The notes under the pieces were generated by a model. That model was not told where the DNA came from. It saw only the letters and a program-made list of their open reading frames with translations, and did no database searches. DNA of 64,000 nt, taken from positions 14,604,974 through 14,668,973 of the forward strand of contig MU054187.1 of the NCBI GenBank assembly GCA_013239625.1, in the 5' to 3' direction. Numbering within the stretch: position 1 is the stretch's first letter; each line of letters begins with the position of its first letter. The stretch comes from Lama guanicoe (taxonomy: Eukaryota). The translations under genes were made by a program, and so were the position numbers. Shown piece by piece: positions 53,706 through 64,000 of the stretch.

Positions 53706-54344
53706 TGGAAATATCAAATCAAGGTACCTCAAACTAATTGTTATAAAGACATGAATTCTATGAGGTTTCCACTAAGCAACATAAAGAGCAAAGATGGCAC
53801 CAACATGCCCAGCTACATAATTTTCTTCACTAGAATCCTTAAATTGGCTTGTCTATTTAAGGAAATGTAATAATTTTTCTCACAACAAATCAATACACTA
53901 AAAAAAAATCTATATACTCAACTTGCTCAATACAAATCTTCCTTTCATGTAGTATAAAAGCAAACATATTTTATCAACTAGGTCTAATAACAAAATGCAG
54001 CAATGATTCAAACCTCTAGATGACCTCTAAAATGCCCTATGGCTCAATGCTTTTGTAAGTCTAAAAACCAAAGCTGGTATGTCTATTTTAATTATAATAA
54101 AAGCCAACATATAAATACATAAATATTCTCAGTAACAGTTTATTAGGATTACAATCACACTTCTTAGTAGTAGGGCTGCAATATAAATTTTCATCTTAAA
54201 AACAGCTAACAGCTCCACCCACCTAAATAAATAACTCGAATCAAGCAGGATATTAACAAAACTGATATACTCTCATCTAGGACCTATACAGCTTCAAAAA
54301 GAAAACAAGCTGCCACATTAATGTTACAAAGCTAAATATGTTTC

Positions 54345-55535
54345 AGACCATATATAAGTTAACTCAAAATGAAGCAAAACCTAAATGAAAGAGCTAAAAG
54401 CGTAACACTCTCAGAACAGAGGTGTAATAAAGTGTAAATCTTCATGACCCTGAATTAAGTAATGATTTCTCAGATATGACAAATGTACAAATGACAAAAG
54501 AACAAAAACGATAGACTGGACTTCATCAAAATCAAAAAATTTTGTGTTTCAAAGGATACCATCAAGAATGTGCAAACAGAGCTCACAGAATAGGCAAATA
54601 TTCACAAATTACATGTCTGGTAAGCTCAGAACATATAAAGAACTCTCACAACTCAACTATAAAAGGTAACTTAATTTTTTAAAAGGCAAAGGGTTTGAAT
54701 AGACATTTCTCCAAGAAACATTACCAATAAGTACAAGAAAAGATATCCAACGACAGTCATTAAGGAAATGCAAATCAAAACTGCAATGACATACCACTTC
54801 ATATCCACTGGCACAGCTATAACGTAAAAAATGGACAACAAATATTGGCCAGAATGTGTAGAAACTGAAACCCTTGTACATTGCTCATAAGAATATAAAA
54901 CAGTGCAGCTGCCATGAAAAAGTCTTAGAAAATTAAACATAAGAGTTACCAAATGACTCAGCAATCCCACCCCTAGGTATATACCTAAGACATAAAACAC
55001 GTCCACAAAAAACATGTTCATACTCATAGCTGCATGATTCAAAAAGGAGAAATAATATAGTCAGTTAACTGACAGAAACAGGGTGAAAAAGTCAAATGTC
55101 AATTAACTGGTGGATAAACAAACTGTGGTATAACCATAAAATGGACTACTACTCAGCCATAAAAATGAATGAAGCACTGATATAAGCTACAATACGGACA
55201 AACCAAAAAAAAATCATGCTAAAAGAAAGAAGGCAGTCCCAAAGGGCACATATCGTATGATTCCATTTATACGAAATACCCCAAATAGGCAAATCTATTA
55301 AGATAGAAAACTAATTAGTGATTTTCAGTGGGGAGAGGGTGGGGGACCAGACACGATACCCAGGGAACAGAGGATGACTGCAAATGGGGAAAAAGCTTCT
55401 CTTCGAGGTGATGAAAATGTTCTGGAATTAGTGATGATGGTTGTGAATATACTTTAAAAACCACTGAATTTTACACTTAAAGAAAAAAGGTTAAGTTTTA
55501 TGGTATGTGAATTATATTTCAATTAAAAAAAGAAA
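54345..55535 (+). mobile_element. L1MB-like 3' fragment with 3' end
   Basis: 'ggacttcatcaaaatc', 'ggaaatgcaaatcaaaac', 'cagcaatcccacccctaggtatatacc', 'ggtgatgaaaatgttctgg...gtgaattatatttcaattaaaaaa'. Confidence 0.88.
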
Positions 55536-56029
55536 AAATTCAATGTGCCATTTAAAACTGATGTAGAAAGCTCAACATTTTACTTGGCTAACTCTCAAAT
55601 TTTGAAGAGGATTGGCAAAGAATGTATGCTAATTAGAAATCATACTTCCTCCCTCCTTCCTGTGGTTTGGAATTACAAGAAGAGACGTCATATAAAGGAA
55701 ATCTGCTTTTTTCCCACTGATAGCCAACACAGGGCCAGGTATCAAAATTTTCAAGTGAGTATCTGACAGGGGTAGTTTAAAATAAGACGACTACAGCATT
55801 ATAAGATGGAACTCACAAACAACTCCAAAGACCTAAAACATGAATTTATAATTTTATCCTGTATGATGGGGGGAAAAAAAGGTTACACAGCTGTTAAGTG
55901 GCAAAGCTAGAATTCAAACCAAGTTTATCTGAATCCAAAAGCTGTGCTTATTCCTTTGACATTTACAGAGGACCTACTACACATCGGGCACTGGGGTGTG
56001 TCGAAGAAAGTGTATGCTGATTAACTACT

Positions 56030-56745
56030 AATATGTCAGGGCTGTGAAGGAGACATTTAGCAGGGTGAGGGGACCAGCAAGTGCCAGGGGTGGAAGGGCT
56101 ATTTTACACTGGGTGATTAAGGAAGGCTTCCCTGAGAAAAAACTACATTTGAAAAAAGATCTGAGAGAAAAATGGAAGTGAGCCACCAGATACATGGAGA
56201 AGAGCCCTGAAAGCAGAAGAAATAACACAGGCAAAGACTGAGGCAGAAATATCAAGAAGGCCCACAGGGCTGTAGAGAAGTGAGGAGGGTGGGGTAAAGG
56301 GTGTTGAACAAGATAGATTATGTAAAGCCTTCCAGGCCATTAACACGGATTTTGAGTTACATTCTGAGTAGAACAGGGAAGCCACAGTAAGAATGCAAGT
56401 GAAGTGACATCTGACTTTTGTTTTGAAAGAATCTAAATAATGAGAAAAGACCATCAAGAAATAAGGGCAGAAGCAGGAAAACCAGTTATGAAGCTGCTGA
56501 TATAACGCAGATGACAGACGATGATGCTTTACATCAGGCAACGATGCAGAAGACTGCACAGCTGGATTCTGGATTTATTTTGAAGGCAGAGCCGGAAAGA
56601 ACTTGCTGATGGTTTGACTTTGGGGTGGGATGAAACCAAGGTTTCTGGCTGAACAAATGAAGAATGAATTTGTCATGTACCACATGGGGAATACTACAAA
56701 AAGAACAGGTTTGGGAAAGGGAGATCAAAAAAGCAGTTTCATAAA
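56030..56745. mobile_element. L2 remnant
   Basis: 'aaggaaggcttccctgag', 'ttgagttacattctgagt...gggaagccac', 'ggattctggatttattttgaaggcagagccg'. Confidence 0.75.
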
Positions 56746-59700
56746 TGTTTACCTTTGTTAATCTGCTTTTGTCTTAACCACTACACTACACACTGATTTT
56801 TGAGCAACACAGCTGTTAAGTAGTGAAACAAAACCTGAATCCAGGTCTTCTGATTCCAGATGCTGGGCACTTTTTTAAATGAAGTTTTATAAAAACAACT
56901 GAATAAGATTACAGTTTTTCTCAGAGTAAAGTAACTCAAAGGTATGCACCATTTGTTAGTAATCCAAAAACTACATTCACAAATAAGGGCTATCACATGA
57001 AATTTTTAAATATCTGACAAACATGAACAAGTAGTATTTAGATTAATAATGAAGCAGACAATAGGGATATAAAGATGCAATAAAATTCATCTAACAAATC
57101 CTCAATTTAGATAAATCCTATCCAGAAGCATATTTTCAGAAAAATGCCAGATCACACCTTCTAAAACTCTCCTTAATAATAAAGATTATCTTTGAACAGT
57201 AAGTATTTGCCATTATAATTTTACTCAGTGCATGAGTATATGCATAAAGAACCTTTATGTAAATTTTGATAAAGTAACTTTATAACATATAAGGAATATT
57301 TTCCTCTCATTTTTTTAGCTATAGAAGCTATAAAACATTTTAGTAAATGTTTAATTCTTGACTGAAAAGTAATTGCCCCAATGATTTCTCTACAATCCAA
57401 AACTTTTAATATGTTCTTTTCCTACAACTTCATAGCATCAGTAGATTTCACAGCTTGGTTTCTAACTGCAGCTTCACTACTTAGTCGCTATGTAGCTTTG
57501 GGTAAGTCACTTTCCAAACAAGTAATCACTGTCTCTATTAGAATGAAATAGGATTATCTGACTTCCCATTTTACAAGGTTGGAATAAGAATCCAGAAAGA
57601 AAGAAAATGAAAATACTTTGAAAAACATTAAAGTTATGGCAAACACATAAATCAAGCAAATAAGACAATTTTGGGGGGAATATACATGTAATATAAATAG
57701 GAATTTTAAATTATTCCTTTATAGGTACTCAACCTTACTATAACAGAACTCCTAAATAGACTTTTCCAAAATAGAATTAAAGTAATGCAGAATTTGATAT
57801 GTAGGAATGCTTTTTGAAGTGTCAAGTGATGGACAAACATCTACTGTAGTGCATTTAAGAGACAGACAGAAAGAATTTTTTTCCTATTCTCATGGAAATC
57901 TATGGCCCAGGGGAGTGGAAGAGACCTGAAAAGCTAAATAAAAGACCCAAACCAACACATTAGGACAAAAATAGAAGGCACCTTATAAAGAAGTAATTGA
58001 TTAACCGCAAAAAGAAAAATACCACAATGACTGCTTTGAGAATTAAGAGAAGATGATGACCTCATCTTTATGCTTTTGTTCACAATGTAGTCTACTATCT
58101 ACTTATGACTGTCATTCACACAGAACACCTTCAATTCTGTTCTACAGTGTTCCACTTTTCCTTCCACACTTGCTCCAACAGCTCCCTGACAGTGCCATTC
58201 CTCGCCACGGTATCCAGCCAACCTACTCTACAATCCTAACTATACCCCCCAAGTCCCCAGGGATGAGTGAGCCTCAGGATCCAAGATGACGTCAATCTTC
58301 TAATTTTGATTATGTTGTTAACCCTTCATGACATCAACGAATAGTCATATGGAATTTAATTGTCAAGACAACATGACTGCAATAAGAACGTCAGTAAGAG
58401 CGTATAGTCTACCTCTCTCAATCACTACAGCCCAATTATTTGAGTAAAGAGCAATGCAGAACTGTGTATAATCCAAAATCATTTTTTATTTCTAAGCTAT
58501 CTCAAAGTAAGCACACCTTCATCCACCGCCTATTAGTAAATCTCAATCTCCTTTCAACTAACCAAATTAAGAGTCAATAGTTTAAGACCCAATTAGGCAA
58601 GAGAGAGAAAGAAAATGCAGAAAATCCACAAGAGTAATTCAATTGACCATTTCTCTCAATTATATCACTGTTTCTAGAATTGATAAATATCAACTATTAC
58701 GCACTGAATTTCTAAGATCTTAAGACATAACATAAAGGTAGTTACGTATCGAAAATTAATAAATCTAGATGGTCAAATTAGAAAAGTATCTAGGTATACT
58801 TAAAAACTTCCAACATAAAAACATCTGAATGGTACAGATAAATTCTAAAATCAGAAAATATATCCATCCAGCAGGCAATATTAGTTAATTATTTCATAAT
58901 ACGAAAGATACTAATAGGGAAAGAAAAAAAAAGATTAGGTACAAAATGAAAAAAGAAACATAACACAAAAAACACAATTTTATGGTTTAGCTGAAAACAG
59001 AATACCCTAATATTGCTATACTTTTAAAAAATGTTTTGAATCACATAAAAATTCACTTTCATAATGCTTTGTAGTTTGGAGATAGAAAGTTTGTACCAAA
59101 TAATCTAAGTCCCTAAAATGCTAAAACTAAAAATTTGCTATGAAAAACTTTCCATTTAATACTTTAAGATTTCTAGAAGTATTAAAGTTAAATGTAGATC
59201 TATTTCTTTATTAACTTCTGTCAATTTTAAGTATCACCACAAGCCCACCATTCTCTCTGAACAGTTTCTTAAAACATAATTAAAATAGGAAACATGAGTT
59301 TTCCATTCCTCTAATCAAAAGGCATAACAGAATAAAGGGTGAAAAGTCAGGGGTAGTAATTGGGACACAGAAAAATGCAGTATTCCACTGGCAAGTGTTG
59401 GTTCCATTGCTTAAGTCCCCATGTAAAATTCAAAACTGTCAAAATTAAGTTTTGTACTAAGTTTTTTCTCTTAAAAACTGAAATCTGTCTTTTCCAAACA
59501 CTTGAAGTCTACATTTAATCAGCTGATTGGTTATCCCTATAATTCTGTCAAATATAATCACAAGTATTGTGGATTTTAATCTTTTTACACTTAAAACGAA
59601 TGGTTTTAATCTTAATACAAATATTCTTAAATTGGTCATATAGCCGATCTACTGTTCAACTGGTGTTCTAGAGTTCCTTTTTTGGCCTCAAATGACGAAA

Positions 59701-60599
59701 CTTTTCTAACGTCTCTGGGGAGAAGAGAGTACAGTATAATGTTTCCTGAAATTGTTCTTCTTTTTTCTCTGGACCATTTCATGACATCTCTTCACCGAGG
59801 AATGTTACACACAACTTTTTTTTTCCCTATTCTGCAGGAAAGTCCAGAGGGAGAAGCAAAGGTAAAAAGAATATTGTATGAAGAACAGGTTGAAAGAAGA
59901 CAGATGACACAAAAGCACAGAAGTATGTGTGAAGCAAGTACATACACAAAAGAGGAAGAAGATGCAGAAAAAAGAAGAGAGAAAAGAAAAGCACTGTTAT
60001 CACCTAAAAAGAGGAAAACACAGAAGGATAGAGAAATTTGCTTATTTTTCTAGAAACAAAAGCACAAAACCCTTCTAAGAAAAACCTGGTCTCTTTCTTT
60101 AAGATGATGTTAAAACTCTAAAAAGTGCTCAGGGAGTTCTGCCTTCTTCTCTTCCTATGTGTTTTGACAGAGCTAGTCTTCATCTGTAAATTAAATGCAA
60201 GCTATAGATAATGCAGAATTAATCTCTAGAAAACTGCAATTGTGGATGCCATCTTTGCCCGGAAAAAAACCAAACTCCTTGGATTCCGGGAAAAAAGGAG
60301 TATATTAAGTTGGAAAACCAGAAAACCACGCATTGTCAAGTCAGGTAGCTGTAACACGGATTAATAAACGCCTTCGACCAACCTAAGGTTCTCCTAAAGG
60401 TCTGGGAAAGGAGGGTAAAGGGCTGTAGCCTTACCGCGACCGCAGGGTGGGGCACCGTAGGAAAAAAAAAAGATTTTTTGAGGACGAGCTATCCCGGGAG
60501 GTATAGGGGGCTGGTAACTTGTCTCTCGGGGAGACTGCATATTAGGCGACAAATGATGTTGATGGGCGAAGGGCAGTTTCAGGGGGAGTGAGAAAATGG

Positions 60600-61560
60600 G
60601 CTGCTGGATGTTATGTTCGCTGAGAGCGCGGAGGCTGATAGAGGAAGGTACCCATGGGGCAAAGGACTAAGAGTCAAAAGGAGAGCCAAGGGGCCAAGCC
60701 GCCAGGGAGGCCGGGCGTGGGAGGCCTGAGCAGAGGCCGCGAAGCGCCTCTGCAGCCAGCCGCCTTCTTCGGGAACGCCTTTCCAGCTCCCCCACACTCA
60801 GCCCCTCTCACGGCTGCCCCTGCCCCAGCGACAACGGCGAGAGCAGCTGTTTCCGCCCAGCCGGGGACCGCGGAGGAAAGGCATCCCTGGAGCCGGGGGC
60901 AGGCCAGCGGCAGCCATCCGGGTGAGCTGGAGGTGATTCCGAGACCACTGCCGCTGAGCCAACACCAAACTTCGCCCTGTCCTCCCCTTAGCCTTCTTTA
61001 TCCCCCAACTTCCCGGCCGGCTGGTGTCCGCTTCGACCGACCGAGACCCCCCCTTCTCCCGCCCGCCTCTCACCCCTCCCCAACGCCCTGAGGCTGGGAA
61101 AGGACCGGCCACCGGGGCCACTCTGGAGCCCGCCCGGGTGCCCCAGAGTCCCAGACACCGCCCCCAAGGAAACGCCCGCATCCTCTCCGCGGCTCCGGAG
61201 CCCGCCCAGATGCTGCAAACTCCTCTTACCTGCATCGACGCCATGATGGAACCATCCCCCCAAGGCCGGCGAGGCCAGAGACGCAGGGGGCGGAGCTGCC
61301 GTGCTCGCGTCACGCCGCGGGGGCCCAGCATCCCGGGCGCGGGGGGCGGGGCCTCTGATGGGAAGGGGATGGCGGGAGGGGATTGGCTGGCGCTCTAGGC
61401 GCCCGGAGTGGGAGGGGCGGGAGGGGGCGAGAGGGGCCGAGGTGAATGGCGCTGTCGGTATCTTCGGTCACGTCCAGCTTCCGGCCGTCCACCACAAGCC
61501 CACTGGCTACCTTCATCGCTTAAGAAACGCTGCTCTAGTTCTGAGCCCCCGCCACGGTTG
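60600..61560. promoter_or_regulatory. CpG-island, TATA-less promoter and first exon region of UBE2W
   Basis: Sharp rise in GC and CpG. GC boxes at 61287-61295, 61343-61352 and 61414-61421; ATTGG (CCAAT on minus) at 61382-61386; CTTCCGG ETS-like site at 61478-61484. Confidence 0.9.
61230..61244 (-). CDS. UBE2W: UBE2W coding exon 1 (MASMQ)
   Basis: Minus strand reads tccatc ATG GCG TCG ATG CAG|gtaaga: A at -3, G at +4, canonical donor. Lies in the CpG island and matches the known UBE2W N-terminus. Confidence 0.95.
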
Positions 61561-61626
61561 TTATATATATAACTATATAACTATATGTATATATATAACT
61601 ATATATATATGTAACTATATATATAA
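61561..61626. repeat. AT-rich low-complexity repeat ((TA)n with TATAAC units) bordering the CpG island
   Basis: 'ttatatatataactatataactatatgtatatatataactatatatatatgtaactatatatataaa'. Confidence 0.9.
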
Positions 61627-63574
61627 AACAAAAAATGTATATATTATGTATTTTTTTTTACCCGGAGATACCCATGATGTCCAGACCCGTGGGTTTCGTT
61701 TTTGTTTTTTTTGTTTCTGTTTTGTTTTTTTCAGCCACAGGTATATGGTTTACAGGTTTTTCCTTTGGGATGTCTTTTCCACATCACCATACCTGCTTTC
61801 ACAGCTTTAGGGGCAAGATAAAACTTCGCAGGGGGCTGCTTTCTGGTCTTTACGGACCTGAAAGGCTTCTCACATTCCCAGTTTGGGGAAGAGAGACACA
61901 TTTCCTTGTATAATGGGGTGAGAATTGAGAGCAGAGTAGCACTTCGGTATTTCAAATGCAAGGGTAGATTTCTAGAGCTGAAATTTGCCTGAAAGGGAAG
62001 AGAACCTCTTGAAGTTTAAAATTTTGTTTGTGTGCAGTTTCTGCCACTTTACCCCAGCCCCTCACTTTCAACCTTCAGGTGTATCACTATGTTATGACAT
62101 TGACATTTGGCTGGAGATTTGACCCTCAGTGTCACATTTTAATATATACTTTCTGTCACATCCAGACTGGTCTTCAGCCTGTTTCCTGGTGGGCAGTTTT
62201 GTGGTCGGTCATTCCACCTAAGGATGTATTTGAGTAGGAAGAGGTAAGTACACAGAATTTATTCTGGGAATGCACTGATTCTGCCAGCATTTATCAGAAG
62301 CCACATTTCTGAAATCTGTTCCAGAACTGTAGATGTTATTGGTTTATAGCAGGAAAATGGAAGCCAAAGGTTTGCACCTCCTGTTCTTTTTTTTTTAAAT
62401 GTAGGTGGCTGATACATTGAGTAGAAGGCTTTTACTTTACCAGAATGAAAGCTTAAAATCTGTCATTTGATTCACTTGGAGTTCTTTTTAGGACTTTATA
62501 TAAGGTTTAAATATAAGAGCAGTGTAGCTATCATCCTTCCCACTCTTGAGATGGATCATTATGTTCTCTGTGAAATTCCGTAATGCAAAATGTGTTCAAA
62601 AAAGGCAAAAGATCCTTAAAATACACTAATTATTCTATGACATAATATTAAACACCCTGTTCTACATCACTGGAGAGGAAGTTATACCAGTGTACTTTTT
62701 TCCCTCTCAGACGTCCACCTGGTTGCCATAAATGGGCTGGTTTTCCCTTTGTAGTGCAAAATAACTGTCCTTGAGGAATGTTTGAAGGCTCTTAGCAACC
62801 AAAGATGATCCAGAAGCATCTCAGGTGTTAGCCCAGTTATGTTGCCTACACTTCAGCTGAGTAAAACCCACGTATCAATGAAGGAGGTAAGCTCTTACAG
62901 ATATATTTTCTTCTGGAGATCTTTATTCCTATGATCTGAGAAAACTGCTCCAGAAGATCAGATTTTACCATCTTGGTTCACTTTGTTTGAAAGCTGATTC
63001 TTCCCAAGGTTTAAGTTTAGATGACCCCACAAACGAAGCATTATGACATCAGCAGAGTCAACAACCTGCCATGACAAATACTAATAAGGAAGAAAAGGGG
63101 TTACAGGAATCTTAATGCTCCTCACAGTAAAATCAACATCTGATCCCTTGTGTTATATGTATTAAAGAGGATCTTCCTAGGAGGGAAAGGTCATTACCAG
63201 TCCTATCTTTCCAGGAAATGTAAAATAGTACATTATTACCTCGCTGTTTTCTTCATTCTTTCATTAATATGCAAAAGAAAAATCCTGATGTATTCAGGAG
63301 CTAAAACCATGACTTTCAGATGAGGTGGGAGCATATAACTATCTCCAGGAAATATGAAACTTTTTTATCTAAAACACTCGATTGTACGGTGAAGACTAGG
63401 CTCACATCTCATTTCTTTACAGAGTGGGGCTCAGTATCAGATAGTCAGAAGATAAAATACCTGACAATACCAAAAATGGGAGAGAAAATAGAACTTTCGT
63501 AAACTCTGTACAAGTGAAATTAGTACAGTCTTTCTGGAAAACAATTCATAACAGTAAAGCTTCCCTTACTCTTA

Positions 63575-63795
63575 AAGAATCTTTTTTTAATAGCATCATT
63601 TGCAATAAAAGATACTTAAGAGACATATTAAACAAATGCAATATGTTAACCTTGTTTGGATTTTGATTCAAACAAACCACTGTGAAAAACAGATTTTGGA
63701 GACAACTGGAGAAATTTAAACAAAATAGATATCAGATGATATTAAGAAATAATTATTGTTTTTGTTACATTTGATAATGATATTCATTTTTTAAT
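63575..63795 (+). mobile_element. Old L1 3' UTR fragment (L1MC4/L1ME-like)
   Basis: 'cttaagagacatat...caaatgcaatatgttaaccttgtttggattttgattcaaac', 'gatgatattaagaaat'. Confidence 0.6.
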
Positions 63796-64000
63796 TTACA
63801 TAGCAGTTAGAAATGACCATCAGGTTCAAGAAGATGATTCTCCCTTATCTCACAAACTACCTCCACCTCCACCTCTTTGAAAAAAAAAAAACAAAAAAAA
63901 CTCAGACATACACAAGGAGTGTATGTGCCTGAGGTCTTCCTTGCCAAGAAAATGTAGAGCCTGTGACACAGAAGACTAAAAGCACTGGATGTTCTGGAAG

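Noticed and set aside
54671..56559. 123-aa and 138-aa ORFs
   Set aside because: They lie in L1 and L2 remnants and are chance open frames.
59682..60053. 123-aa plus-strand ORF with a K/E/R-rich tail
   Set aside because: Non-ATG start, purine-rich low-complexity sequence, antisense within intron 1, no recognisable domain.
40194..61229. Small cassette exon between coding exons 1 and 2, which I recall from a human UBE2W isoform
   Set aside because: I could not find a convincing in-frame match with splice sites by eye; a spliced alignment is needed.
60579..61961. Many overlapping 70-177 aa ORFs around the promoter
   Set aside because: Expected from stop-codon scarcity in a CpG island. Only the first 34 codons of 60798..61331 relate to UBE2W; the rest reads through the splice donor.
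1..64000. A previously undescribed multi-gene system
   Set aside because: The window is explained by one known gene, its promoter and UTR, and transposon relics. No unexplained long ORF, RNA gene or compositionally foreign segment was seen.

Overview
Mammalian genomic DNA, AT-rich with one CpG island near the right end. It contains the complete coding sequence of UBE2W (the E2 ubiquitin-conjugating enzyme that modifies protein N-termini) on the minus strand. Six coding exons (61230-61244, 40102-40193, 35850-35952, 28596-28751, 25115-25190, 17549-17562) have GT-AG introns and total 456 nt, giving a 151-aa protein MASMQKRLQKELL...KWWYHDDTC. A CpG-island promoter lies at about 60.6-61.55 kb and a long AU-rich 3' UTR extends to at least about 12.1 kb. 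The rest is intronic or intergenic DNA full of L1, L2, MIR, MaLR/ERV LTR and DNA-transposon remnants, plus five short tRNA-derived SINEs that point to a camelid genome (inference). I found no evidence of a new multi-gene system. The best second-look items are a three-ATG arrangement at the UBE2W start (in-frame Arg-rich extension plus a strong-context overlapping uORF), clustered 3' UTR elements, and unusual retrotransposition products (a triplicated L1 3' end inside one target-site duplication, and an internally deleted L1). Repeat subfamily names are from recognition, not database searches.
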